64,000 nucleotides of DNA from Lama guanicoe. Its lineage: Eukaryota. The notes beneath the pieces are model-generated. The model was not told the DNA's origin. It ran no database searches and worked only from the letters and a program-made list of their open reading frames with translations. The translations under genes and the position numbers were made by a program. Shown piece after piece: positions 46,081 through 59,196 of this stretch (the first letter of the stretch is position 1; every line of letters starts with the position of its first letter). The stretch is from NCBI GenBank assembly GCA_013239625.1, contig MU053881.1, positions 12,538,879-12,602,878 on the forward strand, read 5' to 3'.

Positions 46081-49039
46081 TCAGAGTGAGTAAGCCAATT
46101 AGCTGTGCCCTCTGGTTTCCAAAGTAGCCACCTTGTGTGGGATGGAAAGGTGATAGGTGGATCCCTGCTTCTGCTGAAGCAAGTGCAGGTAAAAGCTATT
46201 AAAAAAAAAAAAACTGGGACTGCTGGGATAGACAGTTGTTTAAATTCTCCTCTGAGACCTGACTTAATCCCAGAAACAATCTCCAGTGAACCTGATATTG
46301 CATAGATGCCATTGCCTTATTCCCTATGGCCTTGTCGCGGGGAGTGTCAGAGTGTCAGACTGGGAAAGTACATTCTGCCCTTGACTGTGTGCTGTAGACA
46401 CATATCCAGCCTTCTCGCAATCAAAACCCCACTGCATTAATTTGTAATCGAATTCCATCCCCATATTCTAGCAAGGGAACCTGAAAAATGATAGCACTGC
46501 AATCATAAATATTTGTGGCTCAGAGTAAGCTCTAGGTCTTTGATTATCAGTGCCATCTCTTCCCTCCTATACTGTGTTGCCATTAGAATTTATAAAAACC
46601 AGTTTTCAGTGCCTTACTGATTAATAGAAGGGACAATGTGGTCATGTTTTTTTCATGAAAAATTCTGCCTGAGTATACTTGGGTCTACAGAATTTTTGAA
46701 TATGTCATCTTTTGAATCTCTAAAGGCCATTACCTTCCTGGAGCACAGAGTAGAAAGCAAGAGCAGAAGGAATTATGTTCACACTTTGGTAGATGCTAAG
46801 CAGTATCTTGCTCCCACCTTTTGGCCTGTGTGGACAATCACCAGGGCTCAGTACAGTGGGCATTAAAAGCTGCTGTCAGTGTTCATGCTTTCTGAATGTG
46901 GCTTTAAGAGGAAGACTAACCTTAAATAATGAAATTAAGCCGAATAGTCCTCAGGAGCTGTGGGACTGAGCTCCTCCTGATGGAAAAGGCAGATTCCAGA
47001 TAAACGTGCCTTGTTTGGATATGCAGTCAGTTTTGAGACTTCTGTCCCCTCCATGCATTTCCCCACCATAAACAGGATGTAAGGAGTGAAGAAAGGGGGT
47101 CTGAACCCAGAAGAAATGCTTCTAGAATGAGTGAAAGGCTTTTGACTCATGCTCTTCACTTTGCATATATAGTATTAGATGACATGATGGACACAGAACT
47201 GTTTTCTATTAATATGGATAAGAAAATTAGTTTTTTTTTCTTTTGGTATATCTTTTTTCAAAAACTTCCTGACTCATTCCCCTCCTCATTTTCTTTTGAA
47301 TTTTAGCTCTGACTCACCCAAGAAATTTCTAGTTAGGAAAAAAGTGAAGAAAAGTTAGATTTGGTTCCATAGGTAGAAAACTATGAGGAGAAACATTTAT
47401 GTATTTATATTACTGTACTTTACATGTGGGATTATATATCATCTAATTATAGTGGGCATAATTATATTTCCAATTATTTCCACTGTAGTTCCTTGTGACA
47501 CAGGTATTTAAAAATGCTAAAATGTTCTTTTCTGATAGCTATGGAGATTAATAAAGATGAAGTGGTTAATGTTACAAAACCCACTGCAGTGTGCATTTAC
47601 TCTTTAGCATTGGAGTGTGGTTATGGGCACACACATAAAGCAAGATACAATCTTATTTAGGTAAACAGATGTGGTATTGTAACCACTAAAAAGACTATTA
47701 TAAATCTTCTCACGATGCCTTCAGTGAGAAATAAAAATTGTGTCCTAAATAACTGAAGAAATATTAATGATTCATGCAAGTTAGAGCATGTAGAAAGCTC
47801 AACTTTAAGACAGTATCTCTCCTGACTGTCAGATGCTTGCATTTCATTCAAATATTTCCTGTGCTTGGTTTTCCAATGACATATGCTTTGTGAAAAATTG
47901 TGTATTTACTAATGACTCAGAAAGTAATGTACCAAAAGTTGACAATATTGCATGTTACATAATGACATATCTTTTCAGAGCTAAGTATTTTATGCTCTCA
48001 TTTAGCCATGGTGAAGAATTGGTAACTATATGATGGGTAAAGTTTAGGTTCGATATATAAGAGCTTTCAATATTTGGAAGGTAAACAGTTTAATTTTGTA
48101 TTGCCAAAGAGAAGAATTGGTCTGCTTTTAGGATGATGCTGGGCCACTAATTTGGAATGAGACAGAAGCAATTTAACACTTACATCAGAAGCGAAGAATT
48201 TCCAACAACTAATGGAAATAAAGTAATCGTAGGCCTTGGTTCAGCCATCCGTTTTGGGTCAAATGTGAAAGGTTTCTGGTTCTATATACAAATACCAGAT
48301 ATTCTCAAATAGAGTAAAGATGTTTTTGCATCTAGAGGTGCTATTCTAAGCTGTTGAATATTAGCGTGAGAAGATGCTGCGTTTATTTGTGGTTTACGGA
48401 AAATCAGCTTAAAGTATAAGATTGTGTAGTTTCATTATTCTGGGTTTTTTTTTGTTAGCTCATCAGAATGAGAAATGCAAACCTCAATTGTTCTCAAGGG
48501 CTTAACAGCCAATCTTGTTCAACTTTTCCTATATTATTGATTTATTTTGGACGTTGATCAAGTCTGACCCTGATCCAAGAACTGATGCCTCAGCATTCCA
48601 TCAGGACTTTAGCCTGATGTGGGTTAGAAGGCAAAACGAATCAGCTTTTGGATCCCATTCAGATGTGCACCATTGCAGTGTATTACATATTTCTGTAGGC
48701 TTTTAAGTGATCGTATCAATATCAAATTTACCATAATCCAGGGACTCCTAAGTCAAATTCTATTGGAAAGTTGAAAGAGATATGGCATCATTGACTGTCA
48801 GGCCACAGTCAATCACCTCATCCTATCGCTAGGACCAACTGCAGTCAAAAGGAAATGATACATTGTTGAGTTATGTTATTATTAGTCATGTGGGAAACAT
48901 TAAAAATAAAAGGAGTAATAAATATTCTTCAGTGGAAGAGACTTTCACACTTTGCTCCCTCCTTCATTCATTATTAGGGAACATTTGAAGACAAGATAGT
49001 TTTGACTGAGTACATACCTGATGTCATCAATGGCTATTT

Positions 49040-49779
49040 TCTGCCGCACTTGCTCTTCCTATGCTCTGTGCTCAATGCTGCAGGCAAAATCCCTTTTCTC
49101 AAACACAAGTTAGATTATATGCCTTTTTCCTCAAAATCATCAGCTGCTCTTCCGCTTCATTCAGAATAAATTCCAAAGACTTTGGGATGGCCAAATGGGC
49201 TTTCAGGGTCAGCCCCTCTGCTACTTCACCACCTCCTTTCCTCCTTCTCTCCCCATGGCTCAGCTTCTCAGTTGGGCCTCCTTGTTGTTCCCGAAAAATG
49301 CTATAAGCTCCTGCTCCAGGGCCCTACCTGGTCTCTCTTCCTGGAATACTGTCCCCCGCCGAGATATCCCATGACTCACTCCCTCCCTTTCTTCAGCTCT
49401 TATTCAAATGCCACCTTATTAGTGGGACTTTCCTGGTTTCTGGATATAAGAGAACACCAACTGCCAAAACTGGTACTACCATGATTTATTTTTTTTGGGG
49501 TAGTACTTAATACTTGTCAGACTGTGTATTTATTTGTAAATGTGTTCATTGCCTGCCTTCTCCCACATGTTTCACGAGGACAGTGGTAATGAACACGTGA
49601 CTAAACATCCGTGTCACACAGACCGGTGCTTTGTAAACCTGAAAGATTATCAGTCAGCCAAATAGCCTGTTAAAAATAAAAATTCCAAGCTTTTTATGCT
49701 TCGTCCCTGCATCACCAAATGACTGGTTGAACAGCCCTTGCACAGCAGAGGTTCACCCAGCATTTGTTGAATGAATGAA
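49040..49779 (+). mobile_element. LINE-2 3' end
   Basis: cagaataaattccaaagac...cttcctggaatactgtcccc...ttcaaatgccacctt; terminal atttgttgaatgaatgaa. Confidence 0.8.
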
Positions 49780-50475
49780 GCACCAAGTGTATGACTGACC
49801 ACGGAGACTCACTATTCAAGGGGTAAAATGTGTGACTTTATTTCTCTTTTTACTAATGCATTTCTTACTATGTGCAACATTTGGTACAAAGCACCAAAAC
49901 AAGTTGAAAGGTAGATAGTATTTTTTTTTCCTAGTTCATTACTAGATTACTGTTATGGCTAATAAAATTAAGACAATTTACCACAACCCCACAGAGCAAT
50001 CTTCCTCAACAGTCAACCGTTTGAGTTTCACCTCCACCCTTTTTACTTATTATTTTTGTCTAAATTAGCATTATGTGTAATAAACAGAAGCTAAATAATA
50101 AAAAAAATTCTCAGGAATTCCTGGTGTCTGATGTAGCAAAGTGATTCTTATAGAGCTCTTTTTTATTTAGTTTTCTATAGATGATTTTTACCCCTGCTGC
50201 TTCTTAATGGCTGCTTTGAAATTAGATTTCAGACCATATCTTTAAGATAAGAATATCACATTTATCCATTTTATGTAACACTCCACCTGAATCATCTCTA
50301 GACCTGGTGTGGACTGGAGCTATGTTTCTGAGTGATACTACCCCAGAAGATAGAGAATATATCAGAAAAACTAAAACGTATTACTTAAAGCTTAGTTTCT
50401 GCCCTCGGAAAGCTTACAAATCTGGTTACGGGGTTAGGTAATGAACATATGAACTAGGTATCAATGCAATATGGT

Positions 50476-50657
50476 CCAGTGCTTCTGAAATTTAGAGGAT
50501 TACCACATTATTTGAAGAGTTTGTTAAAAATGGAAATTTCCTGATTTCTTTCCTTCAGAGACTGATTTAGTAAGTCTGAGGTAGAGTCTGGGAAGCTGAA
50601 TGTTTAATGAGTTCCTCAAATAATTCTTTTGCGCTACAAGCTGTTTGAACCCCTGCT
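50476..50657 (+). mobile_element. MER5A-like hAT MITE
   Basis: cagtgcttctgaaattt...cagagactgatttagtaagtctgaggt...tttgaacccctg. Confidence 0.65.
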
Positions 50658-50884
50658 GTAGATAATAAAAGTTAATGAACTAGAGCAGGGCTGTCTTGCC
50701 TTCGAAGGAGATTGTCAGGGGTTGAAAATTTCATTGGACTTTGAATAATATAGGTCATGTTCAGGTGGACAAACGTACGTTGGGCCGGGGAAGAAGCAAA
50801 TTTATGGAACGATGTAATTAGATGTGTCACAGTTACAGGGCTCTTCTCTCTGAGTAACAACATACAACCAGAAGACTCTGAAAC

Positions 50885-51350
50885 CATAAGGGTATTTATT
50901 AACCATTTAACAAGAATTCTCCATGTGGGGCAGGTTTTGGGATTAGCAAATTCAGAAGCTCATTGATGCCATCAAACCGCGATGCTCTTCTAGCCTTAGG
51001 AGACCCACCCTTCTCGGTGGTTTGATTTTCGCTGTTAGGATTACCCCTTCAGGGTTGCTACACAGCTTCTGTAGCTTCAGACATCATATCCTTCTTCAAT
51101 TATACCCATGAGAAACATGGAAGAGGAATCATGGGGAGGTTCTCTTCACGTACCTTTTGATTAGGAAGAAAAACTCTTCCGAAAGCCTCAGCAGAATTCC
51201 CCAGGATTGTGTCACACGTCCAGCTCTGAACTTCAGAAGTGTCTGATGAGGTGAGAATCTGAGGCTTTCAGCCTTTATAAGGCAATGCAGGCTGGGCCAG
51301 AAAATAAGAAAACAGGGGTGAAACCTGGTGGATGGGCAACCCAAAGTGTG
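50885..51350 (-). mobile_element. Old MaLR LTR (MLT1K/L-like)
   Basis: ctgtagcttcagacatcatatcc...aggaagaaaaactcttccgaaagcc...ggattgtgtcacacgtcc. Confidence 0.45.
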
Positions 51351-51679
51351 GAAACAAAAATGGTGCCTACCCTGTAGGGAAGTAGAGGAGTCGCAATTTT
51401 TAATGTAAATTCATGAACACTGCACTCCCCTTCACCTTTCTTGCCAAGAGGACGCCTTTCTCTGGCTCTCAGGAGGATGGCGGAACATTTCTGTGAGTCA
51501 GAGAATGAAGAGAATGTGTTTTTCAGGAATAGTTACTTTGGCTTCACTATCTTTGTATGAGTTTTACTGGTTTTTTTCTTCTGTACCTTTTTGGGAGAGT
51601 TGCAGAGAGAGTGTTTTTTTGGTGATATATGTGGGATCTTGCTCATGAGTGGTCAATGAAAATCTTTAATTATTTTTGA

Positions 51680-52310
51680 GATAAACTTTTAAGTCTAGAA
51701 TAGTTTCAGATTTATAGCAAAATTGTGAAAATAGTGTAGCAAGTTCCCATATACCCGACATTCACTTCCCATTGTTATTAATATCTTATGTAAGAATCAT
51801 ACGTTTGTCTTAATTCGTGAGTCACTACTGACACATTATTATTAAAGTCCAGACTTTATTTAGATTTTCTTCATTTTTAACGTAACGTCTTTTTTGTTGC
51901 CGTGGTTCACGGATCCCAATCAGGACCCCACATTACTTGTCGTTCGTGTTTCCTCAGGCTGTTAAAGTTTCTCAGATAGTCCTCGTTTTTAATATCCTTC
52001 ACAGTTTTGAGAAGTCCTGGTCAGGTGCTTTACAGAAATCCCTCAGATGGGATCTGTCTGTTTTCCTCCTTATTAGCCTGGAGCAGTGTGTTCTTGGGAG
52101 GAAGACATGAGATAAATTTGATTCTCATCACATCGGATCAAGGAAACTCTATCAACTCCGGTTATCACTGTTGATGTTTACCTTGATCTTCTGGCAGTCA
52201 GTGTTTGTCAGGTTTCCCCTCTGTAAAGTTATTCTTTTTCTTTCTACTCTTTTGGGGAAAAGCCACTATGAGCAGCCTGCACTTAAGGACTGGCAATTAT
52301 GCTCCGTCAC
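51680..52310 (-). mobile_element. L1MC1-3-type 3' UTR, paralogous to 6335-7050
   Basis: tagaatagtttcagatttatagcaaaattg...agttcccatatacc...gtcaggtttcccctctgtaaagtt. Confidence 0.75.
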
Positions 52311-52319
52311 TTAGATGAG

Positions 52320-53038
52320 ATTTTAGACTTAGATGAAAAGCTGAAATGCATTAAGACTTTCAGGGATGTTGGGATGGGGTAAATGTATTTTGCACATGGG
52401 AAAAATATGAATTTGGAGGGTCAGAGGACAACCTGTAGTGGGTTGAATTGTGTCCCTCCAAAAAGATTTAAGTTCTAATCCCCGATACCTGTGAAAGTGA
52501 TCTTATTTGGAAATAAGGTCTTTGCAGAGATAATCAAGTTCAGTTGAAGTTATACTGGATTAGGATGGGCCTTGAATCCAATGACTGGTAGATATCCTTA
52601 TAAGAATTAGGGGAGGGAGATTTCTGATTATAGTAAAACGTGAGAGGACAGAAATAAATTGAGGAAGGAATTGCTGAGCAAAAGGAACCAGAACTTGATG
52701 ATATGGAAAAAAATCTCAGTTTATCTAAACTGCATAGAGAGCAACCCACAGAGGGAAGACACAGAGACATAACCAAGAGAAGACAGCCATGTTAGGAAAG
52801 AGGTAGAAATCAGAACGACGCAGCTACAAGCTGAGGAGTGTCAAGACTTGCTGTCAACCAGCAGAAAGTAGGAAAAAGCAAGAAGAGAGTCTTCCCCAGA
52901 GCCATGAAAGGGAGAACAGCCCTGTCCACACCTTGATTTTGGACATTTAGCCTCCAGAATTGTGAGAGAATACATTTCTTTTGTTTTAAGCCACTAAGTT
53001 TGTAGTAATTCGTTACAGCAGCCCTAGGAAATTATACG
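52320..53038 (+). mobile_element. MLT1C-type MaLR: 3' end of the internal region (52320-52433) plus LTR (52434-53038)
   Basis: gaatttggagggtcagaggacaacc|TGTAGTGGGTTGAATTG...ttacagcagccctaggaaattatac. Confidence 0.85.
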
Positions 53039-53729
53039 TCATTCAAATTGATGGCTCAGAGCAGATCTTGGCTTTGTCTGTCCAGATGAGCCCATCTCTT
53101 GAGATTTCAGGCTGGTGGATTTCTCTGCAAGCTCCATTCTTTGAATAGTCCGGGGAAGTCACTGAGTTTCAGTTTGTATATATGTCCAATTTTTATTTAA
53201 AGGATGGAAACGATGACTTCCAAATGCTTTATATGTCAGAGCTGAACCTGAAGTTCTCCCTATTATGTTACTCTTGATCTATGCTCTTCTTCTTTGCCCA
53301 GTTTGGCATTCCTGTCTACCTTGTGACGAACGTTCTATGGAAGTTGTCAATCTGGTTACAGTTTGGCGAGGCCTCTATCATTCATGCAATACTCTCTTAC
53401 CTTTTCCGCTTCTGACCATATTATACTTATTCCTCAAGACCTAGATTAGAATGTCAGCTACTCTATGAAACCTCAGGTTTATCTTCCGTCTAGTTGGAAC
53501 AAATCTTTCCATCATCTTTGTTCATTCCTTGATTAGAGGGCTCATCAAATTATAGTATAGCTATGTCTTCATTCAAAAATAAATGTCCTTAGCATACTTC
53601 TATTTGATACTTTTGTCTCGATTATAATTGGACAATTGTTTTTTAAAAATTTGTTCTTTGATATTTGTTTTCACTGTAGAACGTTATTTTCACAAGTGAA
53701 ATAGATGGCATTTTTCTTGTTCAACCTGT

Positions 53730-54090
53730 ATCTCTATTCACTTATTGGACAAATGTTTTTGACTGTTTATTAAGGGCTAGGCATTAGACAAGGAATATTA
53801 GCAATAAGGAAAATGTGTTCCTAGCCTTCTTACAGTCTGGCAGTGAAGGAAAATACACATACACATGCATAATGATTACATAAATAGTAATAACCACCAT
53901 GAGGGAAAGAAATGGGATATTGGAATTAAGACTGATTGTATGTCAGGATAGACTCTTCTTCAGAGGTGTCACTTAGATTGAGATCTGAAGATGACAAGGG
54001 AACGAGGTATCAGAGTTTAGTAAAGTTGTGTCCAGCTTCCCAGACTGAGAAATCATTTGTGTGGCACTAAGATAGAAAGGAATTTGAATT
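53730..54090 (-). mobile_element. LINE-2 3' fragment; L2 and MIR scraps flank it over 53270-54480
   Basis: tattcacttattggacaaatgtttttgactg...cagaggtgtcacttagattgagatctgaagatga. Confidence 0.6.
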
Positions 54091-55772
54091 TTTTCACACT
54101 GTGAACTCTTGAGTCAACAACTATACCTCATACCTTTGTGTTTATAACACACAGCAGCACATAGTAGGAGAAGCTACCTTGCGGGAAGGAAGAGGGGTTT
54201 CCGAATAGGTTGACATTTGTTGTTGACGAGGAGCTGTCAAATACTGAATTGGACTCATGTGTTATTTAATTTGATTCCACAAGAGCCTTGAAAGGCATGA
54301 TCATTTTTTTGTGTAGAAAGGAAATGGAGTCTCAGAAGATCCAAGTTTCTAATCCAAGGCCATAGAACTAGTAAGTGGGAGAGGCGGCTGTGTATGTTCC
54401 TAGGGCACATTTCTTGCCCTCAACACTGTACCATGTTGTTTCCAAACAACAAATGTCTGTTGAGTAATGAATAAATTTAGGCTGGAAAACTTGCTGAATA
54501 GGGGCATTTAAATCACCATTGTACTATAGCAAACTTAGAATTTTAACTTAAAGATCCTTTACTGGATATTTTAAGTTGTTTAAATTTTCAGAAGCTCAGG
54601 TTTTCAATCTGAGGATTTATATCTTAGAATCAGGAGTGAGTCTGTCAGCCTGTGGACAACCGTTAAGCAGCGGGGTTTATAACCTAAACCGATATAGGAA
54701 TGTATAGCATTAAAAGAACAAAACAAAACATGTTTTGGGAAAAGTTCGGAGACATTTTATACTCCATGGATGCTAAGATGTAAGACCCTTTGCACCCAAA
54801 GCCTCTGCAAATGATAGCCTTCTGTTCACCAGCATGGGAAATTATGTTTCATATTAAGTGATGGCAGAAGCATCTGTTTCTGTCATTTCAACTGCACGTC
54901 AACTTCATTTCACGTATGCAAATGATGTCAGCTCTTAAAACAACGAGCCCTGTGGTGTAATTGACTTTGCATTAAGGATTGTAAATTGTGTTATTCTCCT
55001 AGACCTTGATTTAACCCATGGGTAAGCTTTGAGTGCAGTTCATGGCTACAGACTTGGAATATTTGATAACTTTAGGGAAGGCTAAAGCCAGATTACAGGT
55101 GTGTAGAGAGACAGCAAGTATAGTTTTGATATCAGATGGGGGAGATGGTTAATTTAGTGCACAGAGCCCTAGGGTAAGATCAGAAAATCTGGTTCCAAGT
55201 GTTAGTCCGCCCTGAACATTTGTCTGAATGTGGGCAAGCTGCTTTTATTTCCTGTAGAGAAAGAGGTATGAGGGGCTTAACCATCTAGTGCAGGGCATCC
55301 TAGTTTATGAAAATTTGACTACTGATAGCATGTGTGATGACCTTAAGTAGTGTAATGGCATGGGATTTGATAACTTTGAATCTCATAAGTGAAAAGGTTT
55401 TTCTCTTTTTCAGTTTTCTCTGGATTGCTTTGATTTACCCAGGAGGAGAAAGTCAGAGTTGGGTGGTTGTAGGTTCTTATGACTTCTCCAATACCTTGTA
55501 ACCTTTTTTAACAGAGGAAGGCTCACACTCAGAATCTTTGACTAGAATAATAGCTAATTGAAATGCCATACTACTATTTTGTTTTCAATATATCCATTTT
55601 TCAGATTACCTCCTATTTGTGTCAAATGCTACTGTTAATTAATTACTTTCATTTCCTAATTTAAATTAAAAATTTTAACTTAAAATATAGCCATTTAAAT
55701 AAAAAGACATGCATTTTTAAATAAAATACTGTCAATAAGCGATCGTAAAGGTGGTTTATAAGCGTGGCAAAT

Positions 55773-57860
55773 ATCATTCATTCATTCAGTAAGTATTGAG
55801 TACCTCCTAGTGCCAATCTCTGTTCTAGACACTGGAGGAGGCAGTGATAAGGTAGATAAAGTCCCTTTAACAACCATACAACTTAGATGGAAAAACAAAA
55901 ATAATTAAAAAAAAAGAATGAGTATAACACATGTAATGTTGTAATAAATTCTGTAAAAATAAACTAGGGGAAGGGGATAGAGGGTGAAAGTTTATGTGTA
56001 TGTGTGTGTGTTTGTGCTATTTGAGATATAGGACACTCAGGAAGGAACTTTTTAAAGAGGACTGGAATAAATTGAAATAGCAAAGTATGCAAAGATCTCA
56101 GAGAAGATGATTCTATATATATATACATATATATATGTAAGAAACATGAGCTATAAAGTCCTGAGGCAGAATCAGATTGGTGTGCTAGAGAAACAGCAAG
56201 AAAGCTACGTGACTAGACAAGAGTGACTATGGCAAAAAATGTAGAAAGATGTCGTAAAGGAGAAGGAAGGATGATAACCGTGCAAGGCCTTGTTGGCCAT
56301 GGTAAGGAGTTTGTATTTTATTCTGAATGTGATGGGAAGTCATTGGAGATCTTTAACTCAGGGTGTGCTGAGATCCGCTTTGTTCAAGAAATTCTTCATG
56401 ATCATTGTTAAAAATGATAAGGAAGACTTTATTTAAGAGGAGACTTCTGTTAAGGGGTTTTTCAGTAGGGGAGAGAGATAGGGCTCAGCTCCTGATACCG
56501 TAAGGACAAATACGGATTTACAACCAAAGGGAAGGGTCGGTGCCGGTGGATGGAAAATTACTGAAAGGAAACATCAGGGGTAAGGGAGACTGTGGCTAAA
56601 CGGACTTGGCAGGATTCTTGCTGAGCGATAAGATATCAAAGAGGATCAGACACTGAAGGTGAGAGAGGAGGGATTTGATTAGATGTTGGGGGTTGGCTGG
56701 GGAGTCTCACCAAACTGATGCAGCAGGTTTCTTGCAAAAACTGGACCCCGCAGGCCAAGGACAGAACCCAAGTTTGGGATCTAGTGGAGAAGAGGGCACA
56801 GAGGAACGTGCCTCAGGTTTGGGTACGGAGAGTCCTTGTCAGCTTTATAACTCAGAAATGCCGCTTTGGAAGTGATACAGAGAACTGGCTGTGGTGGGAC
56901 TCCGGCTGCAGCGAGGAGGCGAGCAGGAAGCTATTGCGGTGTTCTGGGTGGGCAGTGGTGCTCTGGACTCAGGGCTGCTGAGGACAGTCATGTAGGATGA
57001 GTCTCAGGTAGGGGCTGAAGTACAGCTGGAGCTCTGCTCTCCAAGCTTTGCGCCCTGGCCCGGGGTTGTTTACCCCGAGAGGAAGAAGAGCATTTTCCCA
57101 GTCTTTGAAAGTCATCTGTTGCCAAGCCATGTGCTCACAGAAGGGGTACATTTTTCTAAATCTCACGGATGCCCCATTTCCTCATCCAGCAATATTCTTG
57201 CCCAAGGTGGGTACCTTTAAAACCTTCGTATAATGATGATCTTAGGCTGATAGCACCCTTGCTTCTATTAGGGTTGTTATGATGGAGGTGGTGAGGAGAG
57301 AATGATTTTAGGATTAGTGTCAGAAGTTTAATCAGTAGAATTTTCTGATAGGTTAGATGTGTGGGTTGAGGAAAAGAGAGAAGTCAAGAATATCTCCAGT
57401 GCTTTTGACCTGGATGATGAAGTGGGAGGTACTGCCACTTATTGAGATGGGGAAGTATGAGGGAAGAGCAAATTTGGGAGATTTTAAAGAGAGCGGATTT
57501 TCTTAAATGGTTTTGTCTTGGACATGTTAAAAGTAAGATGCCTATTAGACATCTAAGTGGTGATATTTAATAAGTAGTGTGTATAAATCCAGAGTGCCAA
57601 TGAAAGGTTGCAAATGGATATACGTTTGAAGGTATATGTATAGATAATATTTAAAGTTGAATGTGTTACTGGTGAATTAATGTAGATTGAAAAGAGTAAG
57701 GGGCTGAGGATGGAGCCCCGGAGCACTTCAATTTTTAGAAATAAGAACAAGAAGAAACAAGCAAGGAGAGAGAGAAGGAGCAGTCAGCAAAGTGGGAGAA
57801 AGACTCAGAGTAGTGTGGCATCCTGGAAGCCAGGTTAAGCATGTATTCTAAGAAGGACAT
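55773..57860 (-). mobile_element. LINE-2 fragments interrupted by an ERV1 LTR
   Basis: Tail tcattcattcattcagtaagtattgag; ggccatggtaaggagtttgtattttattctgaatgtgatgggaag; ttggacatgttaa...cctattagacatctaagtgg. Confidence 0.8.
56381..56841 (-). mobile_element. ERV1 (MER31/MER67-like) solo LTR
   Basis: TGTT...GTCA termini; perfect 4-bp TSD GCTT (56377-56380 / 56842-56845); tttatt at ~56428. Confidence 0.85.
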
Positions 57861-57869
57861 TTCTCTCTC

Positions 57870-57970
57870 AGGAGAGATAGGTGAGGGAGATTAGGAGGTA
57901 TAAGCTTACAGTTACAAAATAAATGAGTCATGGGTATGATACGTACAGCGTGGGGATTATAGTCAATTTT
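57870..57970 (+). mobile_element. Short L1 3' UTR fragment
   Basis: ggtgagggagattaggaggtataagcttacagttacaaaataaatgagtcatggg. Confidence 0.65.
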
Positions 57971-58885
57971 TTTAAAAAATTCAAATTGAGAGAAAGCAAG
58001 TTGTGTAACTGTTGCTTTAGAGAAGCAGCTGGCAGCATATGTCAGGACAATTTGCAGCTATTATCACGTCTTTAAGATACTGAGAAAATTGAATTGCTGA
58101 CTAACGTAGTTGGGGGTGAAGGTCACCTTTCAAGAACCCAGTGACTACATAGTATGATCCTAGTTTCAAAATCCATCTTGCAAAGTTGCATTTGGAAAAG
58201 AGCGTTCCTCCGACAACATGTTACATTTCATTTTAAGACATATCAAGTTTGACTATGTAAATACATGTAAATATATGTATATGTGTGTGCACGTGTGTAT
58301 ATTTATATATGCACACATATTTTTATATACATAGATCTACATGGTATATATTTATAACTGGAAGGAAAATCCATCCTCTTTACCCTCTTCTGTTCCCCTT
58401 CTGACTGTAGAAACCAGTTACGGGGAAGTGGGAGGGGTGGGGGGAATTTGGACAATTGTAAAAGGAGAAACAAAAAATTATATAATTTCAAAGGTGTTTT
58501 CAAGTCATTTTTTCACCTAGGACCAGTGATGTGAAGCAGATGTTTATGTTGTTTATACATGCCATCTGCTCCTTTCTTAGCCAAAAGTATAGCCTGACTT
58601 GGTATGAATGAGAGAGTGCATAAAGAGGAACTCAGACTGCTTGCTCTGCATTGAAATGTAAAATGCTATCCGCCCTGTGGGCAGGGGAACCTTTTGCAGA
58701 TAAATTTACATTTGGGAAAGTATTGTTTTTCCATGAGAGTGTATTTGCATGTATGTGTGTATATATATTCTATTCTGATAGTTGAAAGGATGAAGGGGCA
58801 TATCTTTACCTAGTGTTGGTGGTGACCCTTCAAAATGAAGAGTGCCTGGCATGCAGTAGGGACATGATAAATATTGTATATTCGG

Positions 58886-59196
58886 TATCTTAGTTTGAGC
58901 TAAGAAAACAAATGCCATAGCCTGGATGACTTATCAGGTATTTATATCTCACCATTCTGAAGGCTGGAAGTTCAAGATCAGGGTGCCACCATGGTCCATG
59001 GTATCCTCACAATGGCAGAGAGTAGAGAGAAAGCAAGCTCCCTTGAGTCTTTTCATAACGGCACTAGTCCCATTCATGAAGGCTCCACCATCAGGATCTA
59101 ATTCCCTCCCAAAGGCCAAATCTAATAACCATCATACTGGGAATAAGGATTTCAACGTGTGGATTTTGAAGGGTCACAAACGGTCAATCAATAGCA
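58886..59196 (-). mobile_element. MLT1A-type MaLR solo LTR
   Basis: ggctggaagttcaagatcagggtgcca...cccattcatgaaggctccacc...caatagca; TSD ttcgg/tttgg. Confidence 0.85.

Noticed and set aside
48790..48813. Perfect 9-bp hairpin ATTGACTGT-caggcc-ACAGTCAAT
   Set aside because: About this many such hairpins are expected by chance in 64 kb, and it is too short for a pre-miRNA.
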